From Octopus bimaculoides (taxonomy: Eukaryota): a DNA stretch of 64,000 bases. The notes beneath the pieces were generated by a model. The model made no database searches and had not been told where the DNA came from. It worked only from the letters and a program-made list of their open reading frames with translations. The position numbers and the translations under genes were made by a program. Within the stretch, counting starts at the first letter, position 1; each line of letters opens with the position of its first letter. The stretch spans positions 2,620,690 to 2,684,689 of the forward strand of contig NC_068988.1 of the NCBI RefSeq assembly GCF_001194135.2. The letters run 5' to 3'. Of the stretch, positions 38,244-52,662 are shown one piece after another.

Positions 38244-38456
38244 CTTGAGAGTGGAAAGCACAATTATTTGGCATGAAGATATGTATTCAATGCCAATTCT
38301 TGTGACATTCTTCTTCCTGGTGATTGCCAAATTACTACTGATGGATATGATTGGAGTAATTCTTCGCAACATACTCTGAATATCTCTTCTGCCGGAAAAG
38401 AAGAAGCCGACTTCTTTGGCACATGTTGTCTGTAACATTTTCTTCACTAATCAACT
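38244..38456 (-). other. Candidate 213-nt exon
   Basis: Acceptor ctttccagtttctatag| and donor CAAG|gtaatt on the minus strand. Only the ATG-initiated frame MLQTTCAKEV...VLSTLK is open to the donor. Protein not recognised. Confidence 0.2.
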
Positions 38457-39774
38457 CTATAGAAACTGGAAAGTTTTTACTATTTTTAGCATGAAAACTT
38501 CAAGAAGGAAATTTACTTTATGTTATTGGATTTTATTTTTGATGATGGGAGAGACGAGTGTATTATTTTAATTATTTTTAATTATTTATGATTCTTTTCA
38601 ATGTTTTTATTTTGTAATTGTTTCTTGTCTGTCTGCGTGCACACTGCTTCCCTCATGACCCCATCACCTGCACCACTCTTTCTGTATATATTTCATGGCT
38701 TCTGTTTCTCTTTACTGCTATTACATTTATTAGACGACATTATTGAAACGTCGTTATAGTTTATTAGTTCATTTATCTGTTTAATGAACTAATTTTTTTG
38801 GTATCATTCACATGTCATGTCATCTTCTTTCTCTTACTGCCTACCATCCAGTAAAATAGTTCTCTCTCTCTCTCCGTCTCTCTCTTTCTATTTAGTAGAA
38901 GTAATTATTTAGTGTTGTTCAATGTAAACCAAATTTCATTGTTCCTAGCCCCCCCCCCACTCATTTTGGACCCCTCCTCATGACCACTACCACCACTAAG
39001 TGGAAAACATTCAAACTGTTTAATCAATTGTCATGAAAACTGTAGTTTTGTTGTCTGGCCAAGGTCACTAGAATGTTGACCTGTTTGCTGCCAAAGGGTC
39101 AGTAGTTGATACCCCACATCAGCATGGTGTTGTGTCTATCACAAACGCACTTAACTTTCAATGGCCTGCATTCATAGAACTATAACATGACATTGATTCC
39201 ATTTATTTGGTTTCAAATAACTTTGAGAAAAGCTGATGTAATGCCAGAACTAAATACCTCAAAGTATACAGAGTGGAACATAGAGTGAGTCTGATCTTTG
39301 GCCGTATGGGACAACTCAGGACATAGTTCACTGTTATGAAACCTCATCTGCAAAGCATATTCTATCAATTACAGCAGATCTTAGATGACTAGAGAAAGTA
39401 TCATCATCATCACCACCATCAGTTAATGTCCATGTTTCTTTGTAGTTTGAGTTTGAGGGTCTGAAAAGGGTTTGATGGGTTCAAGAACTGTATCATGCTC
39501 AAATGACTGCTTTGGCATGGATTCTACAGCTGGATGCCTTTCCTAATGCTAAACCACTTTACAGAGTGCACTGGGAGCTTTTTTCCATGTCCATCAGCAC
39601 TTTTGAGTTCACCATGCATTTCAGTCTCTTTTAGCAAGTTGTTAAGTCATGAAATACAGGAATATTGAGAAAGGACCCAGGGTGGCTCAAAGTTTTTACT
39701 GCTGCTCTTCTGATTTCAAATCTCATTGAAGATGGCTTTGGTTTTCATCCATCTGGCATTTTTACTGTCTTAGT

Positions 39775-40050
39775 CAGTGTGAGCATGGCTTAGTGGTTCA
39801 CCTGTTTGGCTCCCATCAGTGTGTTGTGTCCTTGACTTCAGCAAGACACTTTATTTCCCGTTGCTCCAGTCCACTCAACTGACAAAGACGAGTTCTATGT
39901 GTTATTCAAAGGGCCAGCTTCATCCCAGTCTGTGTTCTGCTGAATTGCCCTGACAATTATGTTAAAGGTATGTGTGGCTCTGAAGTGCTCAGCCACTTGC
40001 GCATTAACTTCACAAGCTGGCTGTTCCCTTGATCACCTGTAAACAATGGA
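39775..40050 (+). mobile_element. SINE family D (degenerate)
   Basis: gcatggcttagtggtt...gcaagacactttatttcccgttgctccagtccactcaac. Confidence 0.6.
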
Positions 40051-40312
40051 GTGCCAGTTCAGTCGGTGAGAGAAAGGAAATGTCCATGACTCTTAATTCT
40101 ATCAAAGCTTCTGGGATTGATGGGAGGGTAGGAGGAACTGAAAACCAAACTGGAAACGAAGACTAAATGCTTGCAGCAGAGAGAAGTCTGCTCAAGTCCC
40201 CAAATGAGCAAGTAGTGGAGGATTGAAACTGGTTGCCAAATTAAGACATGAAAAGGCAGAAGGAAAAATGCTAGAACAAATACCAATGCCATTCCAATAA
40301 TTCAGCCAATGA

Positions 40313-40423
40313 GGGCAGTGAGCCGGCAGAATGGTTAGCATGCCAGGCAAAAGACTTAGTGACATTTCATCTGTCTTTACGCTGGGAGTTCAAATTCTTC
40401 TGCGGTCGACTTTGCCTTGCATC
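40313..40423 (+). mobile_element. SINE family B, 3'-truncated at a (TG)n tract
   Basis: ggcagtgagccggcagaatggttagc...gagttcaaattcttctgcggtcgactttgcctt. Confidence 0.8.
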
Positions 40424-40428
40424 AGTTG

Positions 40429-40467
<39 letters not shown>

Positions 40468-41507
40468 GTGCATGTGTATGTGCGCATGTGCATGTGTGTG
40501 CATGCATATGTGTATGTACATGTGTGTGTGCATGTGTGTGTACATGTGTATGTGTGCATGTGTGTGCATGTGTGCGTGTGTGCATGTGTGTGTACGTGTG
40601 TGTATCTGTTCATGCATGTGTGTGTACATGTGTGTTACCATCTCCATACCTTGACATCACATGGTAATGATTGTCACTGCCATATAAGCAGTGTCCTTCA
40701 TTCCCAATCTTCCATGCAAACATGCCGGGCCATGAGGAATTATTACCTTACTTGCAAACATGTTGGCAACCAGGAAGAGCACAAGAACATAGATAATCTG
40801 CCTCAGGAAATTCTGTCTGACTCATGTGAGCATGGAAAAGTAGACATTAACATAATGATGATGATGATGATGATGACCAGTCAAAGGCTATGGCAGGACA
40901 CACTTTGCCCAGGTAGTCGCACTATATATTGAAAAGCTCAGCAATATGTAGTTGTGAATTAAACTTCGTAAACTATAGAGACGTGTCTGTTCCTAAAATA
41001 ATAAACTTCTCAAGTAAGAACAACTCCAGGGATTATACTGATATCATTGTCAAGAATTTTCTGTTGTCCAGAAAGATTTTTTAAGTGTTTATTACATAAT
41101 TAAAAGGTGTGTATATGTGTGTATGATAAATTAGAAACAGACATTTAATGTAATTAATATCACTTAATTAGCTTTTAAATGTACAATTAGCACTTGAAGT
41201 AAAAAGCATTTTAAAATTATAAAATATTTTCATTTGAAAATGGAAGTTGCAGACTTACAAGAATTTGTGCATTGACAAGGGTTCTTTTGCTGTGAATTTT
41301 TTTCAAAAGTGCCAAAATGCTTTGGTTTTCCTCTTATTCTAGATCCTGATATTTCAAAAATTTAATACTTATTTTCAATATTGAATTAATATGTGGTACT
41401 GATCTGCATAGAAATAGCAGCCAAATGTCCCTCAAATCAAACCCTACATTTTTAAAAAGCAAAGATAACATGAATCCAGAATGATGGTGTTTTAGATATA
41501 GTGTACC

Positions 41508-41726
41508 TTGGTTTCAAATTTTGGTACAAGATCAGCAATTTGGAGCAGGGGAGGGTGTAAGTTGGTTGCATCAACTGCAGTGTTCAACTGGTACTTATTT
41601 TATGGACCTCAAAAAGGTGAATGGCAAAGGTGACCCCAGCAGGATTTGAACTCAGAACATAAGGATGGATGAAATGTCATTAAGAATTTTGCCCTGTGTG
41701 CTAACAGTTCTGCCAGCTCACTGCCC
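41508..41726 (-). mobile_element. SINE family B
   Basis: actggtacttattttatggacc...ggatttgaactcagaac...tgccagctcactgccc; reverse complement of family B. Confidence 0.75.
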
Positions 41727-42909
41727 TAAAGATGTATATTAAGGGACCAGGCAGAATATTCACAGCTGAAATGCCCCAAATTAAAAGATGGCTTCCTCAG
41801 AGCTAACTTAGGGCTGAATAGCAGCAGCTGCAACAACAACAACAGAAATATCTCAGTTTTGCGGCAAATATATCAGTGTTCCTTCCATGACTCAACTAGG
41901 TAAAGGAAGTTAACCACCCCAGCACTAGAGGATCCGACATGTCCAAGAACTGCATCGTGCTCCAATGTTCTGCTTTTGGCTTGGTTTCTACAGCTGGATG
42001 CCTTTCCTGACACCAACCACTTTACAGAGTGAACTGGGTGCATTTTTTTTTTGTGCCTCTAGCACTACTGAAGCCATCATGCAATTTGGAAGACTACAGA
42101 TCCCAGGGGAGCAAATTTATGCTGGCAGATGAGGGTCTGAAGGTGGCTAAAAATAGGCGAGAAGGGGGCTGAACAGAACATGTTTGTTGCTAATCACATT
42201 TTAGAAGAGAGTGTGGGAGTGATTAAAGGAAGCCAGGGTGCAAAGTGGTGGTGGTGGTGGTGGTAGGCAACCAGAAACAATGAGTCCAATACTGGCAATG
42301 TGGAAGCTTCCTGACCTGCTAAACATCCTGAGCCCAACATCACCCTAACCCCTAGGCCATGCATCTTCACCATTTCCAACACCAGATTTGCAGCCATAAG
42401 CAAAGAATCTTCTCACACTTCTCCTCTGTGATATCACTAACAAACCATAGTTAAGTACTGAGTAATAAGAATCCATTTTCTAACCAAAGGCAAAGTATCA
42501 ATTGCTTGTACGGCTGATCTGAAGAAACAGAATTGTCTTGAAGGCATCTGGATGAGGTTGGTTCCAATGCTCCAAATTAACAACAAATAAACTCATTAAA
42601 TTGTATTATAATACCTCAAAGACATTGGAAAGGGATATATTTAACATTACATTTAGATTAAAGTCATATGTTTCCTTCCAAACTGATTTATAATTAAGAA
42701 AATTTGGCAGAATCATAATGGAATAATCAATTTTTAATTTGTAATAGACTTAGCTTCAAATAAAATGATTTTATATTAATATTAGCCATTAGGTAATTGT
42801 GAAGGAAACACTTTTATTAAATCCTGGAACACATAATATCGGAATATAGGGTACGATGTGAAGGAATCGAGTAGAGAAGGGAAATAAGAGAGTAAGAGAT
42901 ATAGTAAAG

Positions 42910-42943
<34 letters not shown>

Positions 42944-43280
42944 AAGAGAGAGAGAGAAAGAGAGAGAGGGAGAGTAATAGATGTAGTGGAGAAGAGAAAA
43001 GGAAAAAAAGAAGGACCAAGGAAGATGAAGAGAATGTGAGAGATATGAGAAGTAAAGAAGAAAGAGAGCAGAGAGAAAGAAATAGAAATGTAATGGAAGA
43101 TTAACTGGAATTTTGAGAGAAAGCAAAGAGGTGGTGGTGGGGAGAGAGAGAGAGGGGGGAGGGGAGCTACATGTTGATGGAGAGATGAAGTGAAAAAGTA
43201 AAGAAGAGTTATGTAATAGAATTGCGTGTAGAGATGGAAAGACAAAATGATAAATAAAGAAGACTAACAGAGAAATATCA

Positions 43281-43320
<40 letters not shown>

Positions 43321-43462
43321 ATGCACAATAGATACACCTAAGTATCTGTATGCGTGCATGTGTGTGTGTACGTGTGTGTGTGTATTTATACATATAATCC
43401 CAAATAAATAATCATGCTACTATGCATATTTGTATGTATCCATATGTGTATTTGTATATGTA

Positions 43463-43561
<99 letters not shown>

Positions 43562-43753
43562 ATATATACATACACACATATATAAATGTATATACACAGA
43601 AATAAATCTTTAACTAGTTATTTATCTCTCTTTATCTCACTGTTAATGTCTCTCACACTCTGTGTACATATATATATATAGTGACTATATATATGTGTGT
43701 GTGTATGTGTGTGTGTGTGTGTATATATATATGTATGTATGTGTATATATATG

Positions 43754-43788
<35 letters not shown>

Positions 43789-44659
43789 GTATATATATAT
43801 ATATATATTCATTGTACATAGGCAAATGTGTAGACGGAATGAGAAATTAATAGCTTAAATAAAGAGAATGAGATATATATATATAGAGAGAGAAGTGAAT
43901 AATTTGATAAAGTGATAGCAAAAGAGAGACAGAGAGAGAGAGGTAAATAGCTAGTAATATACAGAATATAATATGAAAAATCACTTGACTAAGAGTAATA
44001 CGAAAACTGCACGAATAACGTTTATGATTGATGAGGTAGTGATTATTCAAGAGAGAACAAAGAAAAGAAAATCTTCGTTAACTGACAATTAACACAGATG
44101 ATTGGCAAAGCTGACAGCAAGTTTCTAGAATTTCGAAAACGTTGCATGGAAAACCTCCAATTAGTAATTTACCAATTATGGCGGTGTTTTTTTGCCTTGT
44201 GCATTTTATTTGTTCTTCTTAATTATATATTCACATTTTACATTTGCGTGTACTTAGATATGTATGTGTATACATACGTGTGCATGTGTATGTATGTATG
44301 TGTGTGTCTGATAATATATATGTATATATTGTAGTGTGCTTACATTAATCCAGTTTCAGCGTAAGGTCTGCTCATTTTTGCATTGATGTGACTGCAATGT
44401 TGTTCCAGTTGACGTCTCACTTCATCTGACATTGAAACCTTATCTCTGTTAACTGTGTCCTAATGGCCTATTTACTGCCAAGAGCAGGTTGGTGGCTTGG
44501 AGGAAGAATTTGAAAAGCACCAGAGCAGAATGAGAAAGGTGGAAAACTATTGCCTCTTAAAGCCATAACCATAACCAAAAATAGCAAAGACCACCAAAGT
44601 TGTCAGTAACAGAATATATTGAGCAGCACTAAAAGACTTGTCATTATGCCTAGACATGG

Positions 44660-45070
44660 GCATGACTGGGTGGCAAGGAGCTTGCTTCCCAACCACATGG
44701 TCCTGGGTTCAGTCCCTATGCATGGCATCTTGGGCAAGTATTTTCTACTCTAGCCTTAGGCCAACTAAAACCTTGTAGACAGAAACTGAAAGAAGCTTGT
44801 TGCTTATATGTATGTGTGCATGTGTACGTGTGTGTGTCTGTGTGTGTGTGTGTATGTATGTGTTTGTCTCCCACCACTGCTTGACAAATGGTGTTGGTGT
44901 TTCTACATCCCTATAATTTAGGGCTTCGATGAAAGAGACCAATAAAATAAGTACCGGGCTTTGAAAAAAAAAAAAAAGAAGTGCTGGGGTCAATTCATTC
45001 TGACTAAAAAATTCTTCAAGGTGATGCCCCAGCATGGCCACAGTCTAATGACTGAAACAACTAAGAGACA
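44660..45070 (+). mobile_element. SINE family C, near full length
   Basis: Head gcttgcttcccaaccacatggtcctgggttcagtccc..., internal (TG)n, 3' gccccagcatggccacagtctaatgactgaaac. Confidence 0.85.
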
Positions 45071-45560
45071 AGAGATATTGTATGCTTTTGCATCGTGTTG
45101 ATGACACCACAATTAAAGTCTTCCTGATTGAGTGTGAATTCTCCCATCTGATGAAGAAATAGCATTACTTCATTCCGACTTTGTCACAATGGTTTCTTGA
45201 CAGAGATATTAGCGTGGTTTGCCATTGTCTTCCCCTACTGGATGGCCATGGGCCTACACAGAGCTCATCTGCCCTTCAACAGATCCTGGTTTTGGTCAAC
45301 ACACCCTTTTTACATGTTACGCATGTTGGAGAGCTGGTTTAGTCACCTACCACAGTGAAACTATTAAAATTTCTGTCTTCCCATCTTGTGTGATGCCCTA
45401 ACAATTCCAGAGAAGGAGAAAATTCAACGTTGGAACATGGTGGCATTTGACCTCAGTGAATAAACAGCCAAAGCAAATGTTGCAAGTATTTTACCCACCC
45501 CTCTGACGTCTGTGATAATTCACTGCATTTGGTTATACATGCATATACACATGCATGCAT

Positions 45561-45615
<55 letters not shown>

Positions 45616-45689
45616 CTCTCTCTCTCACCCCCCCCCCCAAAATCTGTGTACAAAATCAAATCCACTCACAAGGGCTGGAGTGAACTCAA

Positions 45690-46109
45690 TCTCTAACTGT
45701 AGAGGGAACCCGTGGAAGGGGTAGACCCAGGAAGATGTATGAAGTGGTAAGAAAGGATCTTTGGACACTGGGCCTCACTGAGGAAATGTCAAGGGACCAG
45801 TAATTGTGGTGATTTGCTGTCCTTGAGAAGATGCATCGAGCTAAGTAAAGTTGCTGCCATCCACACATACAAGCTTTGTCTTTTACAGGTGCCACATATA
45901 ATGCACTCATGTTGGTGCTGTGTAAATGCACCCATGCCAGTAGCACATTAAAAAGCACTTAGCACACTCTGTAAAATGGTTGGCATGTTAGGAAGGGCAT
46001 CCAGTTATAGAAACCATGGCACAAGAAACAATTGAAGTCTGGATAACTCCTCGGCTGGTCAGTTCCTGTCAAACCGTCCAACCCATGCCAGCTTGGAAAA
46101 CGAACGTTA

Positions 46110-46146
<37 letters not shown>
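45690..46146 (+). mobile_element. 5'-truncated RTE LINE: ORF2 C-terminus, 3' UTR and (GAT)n tail
   Basis: TVEGTRGRGRPRKMYEVVRKDLWTLGLTEEMSRDQ*LW*FAVLEKMHRAK* runs directly into family A units and tail. Confidence 0.8.
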
Positions 46147-46147
<1 letters not shown>

Positions 46148-46350
46148 GGCTATAGGGGAAGACAATTGCCCAAGATGCTATGCAATAGAACTGAACCTTA
46201 GCCTGCATGCTTGGCAAACAAGCTTCTCAACCACACAGCCATACCTGCACCTACGTTTTTTCCAGACACCTGAGGCCACAATATTTGATTGTAAACTGAG
46301 TGAGGTTTTGTTACTATTTCTAGCAAAGGTGCTTAATGAGATCCAAGAGT

Positions 46351-46590
46351 GGAGGCACGTGGCTTAGTAGTTAGAGTGTTGGACTCATGATAGTAAGATT
46401 GTGGTTTCGATTCCTGGACCAGGCAACAAGTTGTGTTCTTGAGCCAAACACTTCATTTCACATTGCTCCAGGCCACTCAGCTGTAGAAATGAGTTAAGCC
46501 TGTGATGGACAAGCGTCCAGTCCAGGTGCAGAATATATACATGCCATGAAACTGGGAAACTGGCCCTTATGAGTCAGTATGGCCTGAGAC
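46351..46590 (+). mobile_element. tRNA-headed SINE, family D
   Basis: ggaggcacgtggcttagtagttagagtgttggactc...ggtttcgattcc (A/B-box-like)...cctgtgatggacaagcgtccagtccagg. Confidence 0.8.
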
Positions 46591-48149
46591 GGTAACTTGA
46601 CCTTTACTTTTTAATGAGATCCAAACTGGATAATAATTACATGGTACATTTTCATACCTGTGGCAGACCAGGAAAACAGGAAACCGGCCCTTATACACCA
46701 GGCATGGCTCGGGAAGGAACAAACAACAACAACATTTTCATAAACCAGTCTCCAAATTAAAAACAAATATAATAAACATCAGGTACAGGTGTGGTTGTGT
46801 GCTTGCTAAGCAAAGGACATCCATTCATAGAAAACCTGCCACAACAAATTCCATCTGATCCATGCTAGCATGGAAAAGGGAAAGTTGTGTGATGGTGATG
46901 ATGGGTATTTCTGTAAATCTTAATCTTTGTTTACTAAAGGTGAAATAACACTAAATACAAATTATTTGCTCAAGAAATAGTAACAAAGTAATAAGAGTTA
47001 AATTAACAATGGAAAAATCATTTCGAAGACATATCTTTGTGTTCTCTGTGATTTTAGTTTAAATTTAATCTTTCTAAGAGAGAAAAATATTCCAACGAAC
47101 ATCTTTTTATTTTATTGTCATCTTTCATACCATAAAAGTCCCAAAGATGACATAATTTAAACTTTAATGTGAACTCGTTAACGCTAATTCGTATAACTAA
47201 TCAACCTTAATGCCAGACTTTTAACATTTATTACAGGATGAGACTCTCGTGATAATGCTATTGACAGAGTTAAATTAAAAACAGAATAAAAATGAATTCA
47301 ATTCCTCATCTCACACAATTACTTGTCGGTTATTAAACAACACAAACAAAGCTGTTTATAAATATTAATTTGAATAATAAATTCTACAACATCTACCCTT
47401 GGGTAAACACCAGGTCAGTTCTTCAAACTTTAGCTTTGCACATTAGGTGTATAATAGATTCATTGAATTTCGGATTAATTTCTTAAAATGAATAAATCTC
47501 TCACATTATTACAATTTTCATCTGTTTCTCCATAATTTTCTGTTTGTAAAATGTAATCGAACGTAATAAATAATCTTTGACAGAAGAAATTTTCTGTTTA
47601 ACTCTCTTCATTTTTGATATGAACTCTTTAAGTAACTGATATTACCAAGAAAACCATATGGGGTTGTAAATAATATAGTTGGAGCAAATTTAAGCTTTCC
47701 ATAACCAAATCCATAAATTTAATAATCTGCTAACGAGGTGAAGTTAATATGATAAAACACCTATCAACTTAATTATTCACTAAATTTCCTACTGCCAGTG
47801 ATAATATTAACATCTTCAACATTTTGGATCATTTGGGTTTTCCAGAAACGTCATCAAAATTCTTTGATAACCAACTCATTCTGCCAGTGCAGGAACTGGA
47901 AGAAAACAACAGTGGTTGGCATCAAGTGCTGGAGCTACTGCAAAGAATTCTGCTTTAAGAGGGTGTAGTGTTGAATTTACTTTCAGATTCTTCTGTTGTT
48001 TGTTCTGAAAGCATAAGGATTCAGTTTGAATTCTTTAGTGCCAAGATATCAATGTTCATACAGACTCATCCTCAAAAGCATTCAATGTTTTTTGTTGGGA
48101 AGTTAGCAATATATATTGACACACAATAACAAAAAAAAAGGTATACAAA

Positions 48150-48330
48150 AACTATTACAAGAAGGAAAGATAGATGGCAAATGTTTGAGAGGAAGACTTA
48201 GAACAAACTAGTTTGCTAACATCAAGGACTGAACTCCATCATCACATTGGTGAACGTGCAAGAATGGCAGAAAAGAGACCGAAATGGAGATTTTTGATAT
48301 TGAACTTGCTGAGAATAGATGACACCTAAT
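48150..48330 (+). mobile_element. RTE-type LINE ORF2 extreme C-terminus (second subfamily)
   Basis: LLQEGKIDGKCLRGRLRTN*FANIKD ... ARMAEKRPKWRFLILNLLRIDDT* (one frameshift). Confidence 0.7.
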
Positions 48331-48347
48331 AATCTATTCCATTGTAG

Positions 48348-48557
48348 GCACAAGGCCTGAAATGTTGTGAGGAGGGAGCTTGCTGATTACATCGACCCCA
48401 GTACTCAACTGGTACTCCTATTTCATCGACCCTGAAAGGTTGAAAGGCAAAGTTCAGCTTAATGGAATTTGAACTCAAAATGATGCCAAGAACTGAAAGA
48501 AATAATTCTAAGCATTTTGTTCAATGTACTGAGGATTCTGTTGGCTCACTGCCTTCA
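48348..48557 (-). mobile_element. SINE family B
   Basis: aggcacaaggcctgaaat...catcgaccccagtactcaactggtac...tgaaaggcaaag...atttgaactc. Confidence 0.75.
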
Positions 48558-49734
48558 GATGATACAAAATCATAAGCAGTATATTGTCTAATGCGTCCTT
48601 CCCTTTTTTTTTCAAGAAGGTGAATATCCTGCTATTTCTAGGTGGTTAACCAACCACATAGAAGCTATTTTGTTGGCTCAACAAAGCATTGGCAGTATAA
48701 GTACTGGGTGTATATATATATATATATNNNNNNNNNNNNNNNNNNNNNNNNNNNNNNNNNNNNNNNNNNNNNNNNNNNNNNNNNNNNNNNNNNNNNNNNN
48801 NNNNNNNNNNNNNNNNNNNNNNNNNNNNNNNNNNNNNNNNNNNNNNNNNNNNNNNNNNNNNNNNNNNNNNNNNNNNNNNNNNNNNNNNNNNNNNNNNNNN
48901 NNNNNNNNNNNNNNNNNNNNNNNNNNNNNNNNNNNNNNNNNNNNNNNNNNNNNNNNNNNNNNNNNNNNNNNNNNNNNNNNNNNNNNNNNNNNNNNNNNNN
49001 NNNNNNNNNNNNNNNNNNNNNNNNNNNNNNNNNNNNNNNNNNNNNNNNNNNNNNNNNNNNNNNNNNNNNNNNNNNNNNNNNNNNNNNNNNNNNNNNNNNN
49101 NNNNNNNNNNNNNNNNNNNNNNNNNNNNNNNNNNNNNNNNNNNNNNNNNNNNNNNNNNNNNNNNNNNNNNNNNNNNNNNNNNNNNNNNNNNNNNNNNNNN
49201 NNNNNNNNNNNNNNNNNNNNNNNNNNNNNNNNNNNNNNNNNNNNNNNNNNNNNNNNNNNNNNNNNNNNNNNNNNNNNNNNNNNNNNNNNNNNNNNNNNNN
49301 NNNNNNNNNNNNNNNNNNNNNNNNNNNNNNNNNNNNNNNNNNNNNNNNNNNNNNNNNNNNNNNNNNNNNNNNNNNNNNNNNNNNNNNNNNNNNNNNNNNN
49401 NNNNNNNNNNNNNNNNNNNNNNNNNNNNNNNNNNNNNNNNNNNNNNNNNNNNNNNNNNNNNNNNNNNNNNNNNNNNNNNNNNNNNNNNNNNNNNNNNNNN
49501 NNNNNNNNNNNNNNNNNNNTTAAATTTCCTTTCTACTTGAAAATTAGTTATGAAACACGTGTAATCATTTTATTATATTTATCTTATGATATTTACTTTG
49601 CTTTATATTATACTAATTTATTGTGCTTTTAATTGTTAATTTTTCTATATGTGATAGTGGATTTTCATCGATGAGTTCTTGAAACTTGGTTATTTTCCCT
49701 AAAACTATATATATATATATATTTATTCTTTTCT

Positions 49735-49900
49735 TCCTTTACTTGTTTCAGTCATTTGAATGTGGCCATGGTGGAGCACCCCATCTAGTCGAACAAATCG
49801 ACTGCAGGACTTATTCTTTGTAACCGTTGTACTTATTCTGTTGGTCTCTTTTGCTGAACTGCTAAGTTACAGTGACGTAAACACATCAACATCAGTTGTT
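49735..49900 (-). mobile_element. SINE family C, 3' part
   Basis: tgtttcagtcatttgaatgtggccatggtggagcacc...ttggtctcttttgctgaactgctaagttac. Confidence 0.75.
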
Positions 49901-50008
49901 AATCTGTCTCTCTCTCTTTCTATTTACCTACCTTTCTTCTGACATATCAAACTCTCTATCGATCAATCTATCATTCCATTTTTCTATTACCATCTGTGTG
50001 TCTATCTG

Positions 50009-50056
<48 letters not shown>

Positions 50057-50809
50057 CATTTATATCATTCTATCCTTTCTACCACTCTAACTGTCAGTCT
50101 ATATATTCACTTTCCTCTCTAACTTTCAACCTTCCTATCAATATACTTACCAATCCACCTTTCTTCCAATCTACCTATATACCTGTCCTTCTCTTTCTAC
50201 CTTTCTATCCATCAATTTTTCTTTCTCTTTAGATATCTACTCTGACATTACAGTTTAAGCATTAAAACTCATAACAACAATTCAACTTTCACTGTTTCTT
50301 GTCTGTCACATTCTTCTGTTTCTGTGACATTTAGACGCCATGTTCACTCTGTCTAAATAGGGTAAAATCCAGAACTGGATGCTGGTGGCCTGAAAAGTCT
50401 ATCAATAAAAAGTTTGGAAAATTTGTTGAGTTCATTTACTGTGAGGAGTGTAGAATTTAATGTCTTGCTGCTCTGTGAATGGGGACATGAGAAAAAAAAA
50501 AGATAAAGGGGAGGAGCTGATTTGGTGACGTGAGATGCGAAGGGACTAGCAAAATGGGTCATGTACGAAGAGGAGAAATCAAGCAGGTAAGGTGAAGGAA
50601 GGGGAGGGCTCAGAAAGTTGGATGGGAATCGTGAGGAAGGATAGAAAAGTAGATGGAGACAATACATCAAACAAGCATGAACAGAGTTATTGTTAGAATG
50701 GTGGCGTGAAATATTGTGAGGAGGAGGAGGAGGAGGGAAAAGGGCAAAGGTGGCAGTGAATGAGAAGGGCATACATGCTGAGCACACAGTTATGTCCATA
50801 CGGTATTGC

Positions 50810-51410
50810 ATATGCACACACACACACACACATATATGCAAATGCACACATACAAATTTATTATTACACACACGCACACAAACCGACAAAAAACATACAC
50901 ACAAGCACTCAAACACTCAAACACTCAAAAGCACACAAACACATGCACACGCACACACAAACACATACACACATGTGCACACACACACACTCATACACAC
51001 TCATACACACACACTCACACACACATACAAACACATACACACATGTGCACATGCACACACTCATACACACTCACACACACACACATGTGCACACACATGT
51101 GCACACACATGTGCACACACATGTGCACACACACACATTCATACACACGCACACATACACGCTCACGCACATACACGCTCACACACGCGTGCACACGCAC
51201 ACCCTCATATACACTTGCACACACACACACACACGCACACACACACACGCACACACACACACGCACACACACACACACGCACACCCACACCCACATGTGC
51301 ACATGCACACACACACANNNNNNNNNNACACGCACACACACACACACGCACACCCACACCCACATGTGCACATGCACACACACACACACACTCATACATA
51401 CACCAGCACT
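50810..51410. repeat. Cryptic CA-rich satellite with CACACATGTG units
   Basis: Read directly; accounts for the His/Thr-rich ORFs. Confidence 0.9.
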
Positions 51411-51576
51411 CATATGTAAATAGATTCCTAGATATACTTATGCACACTTCCAATGTATTATATTTCCCCATGGTGAATAAACTTTAATGATCTTTCAAAT
51501 TTCTGATCTTCAAGTACAAAATTTTACACAAATAAACTTTGAGATTAAATTTCACCTGAAAATATTCTTTTCTGCT

Positions 51577-51778
51577 CTAGGCACAAGGCCCGAAATTTTT
51601 AGGGAGGGTGCCAGTCGATTAGATCAACCCCAGTACGCAACTGCTACTTCAGTTATTGACCCCCTAAAGGATGAAAGGCAAAGTCGACCTCAGTGGAATT
51701 TGAACTCAGAACGTAAAGATATAAAACACTGCTAAGCATTTCACCCAGCATGCTAATGTCTCTGCCAGCTTGCAGCTT
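51577..51778 (-). mobile_element. SINE family B
   Basis: aggcacaaggcccgaaatt...ggatgaaaggcaaagtcgacctcagtggaatttgaactcagaacg. Confidence 0.85.
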
Positions 51779-52429
51779 TTTCACCTGAAAATACTGAACT
51801 AGTAAAAGCAACCAATGTCATTTGATCTTAGGGAGATTAACATCACAACTTTTCCGCCATAATGTAGCAGTTGTATTGTATTTTGGGAGCATCATACTGC
51901 CAGCAAAACACATGCACTGGTTATGTTACACTTTCTTTTTATTACCAATCAATTAGATAATTAACTTATATAACAATTAGTTAATCGATTAGTGTGTCAA
52001 ACTGGTGTGGAATAAAAACCAAAAATTTGATCTGTTGCAATATTGAACTCTATCTCAGACACAATGTCTCGAGTGTGGCATGGAGAGGAGTCAACAGTCA
52101 ATTATATCAATTATATTGATTCCAAGATCTAACTGGTACTTTGTTTTATGGATTCTGGATGGTTGAAATGGAAAGTTGTTTTTAACAGAGCTGGAACGTA
52201 GGATGTGAATATTTCTAGCTAAGTACTACACAGTAATTTGTCTGCCACTCGACCAATTCTACCAGTCTACTGCACTTGAATCGAGGACATTATTCCTCCT
52301 AAGAACATTATGTATATGCTTTATCTTTACCATAATCAGTAATCATCTTAAATTTGATGGCTGACTTGACAGAAATAGCTTTAGTCCATATTTTGTCAAA
52401 CTTGTCTGTGTTGATATTTTATATAGTTG

Positions 52430-52487
<58 letters not shown>

Positions 52488-52609
52488 CAGACAGACACAC
52501 AGAATGATAGACAGACATAGATAGACAGACAGATATAGATAGACAGACTGATAGACAGATAGACAGATTGATAGACGGATAGATACATAGACGGATAGAT
52601 ACATAGACG

Positions 52610-52662
<53 letters not shown>

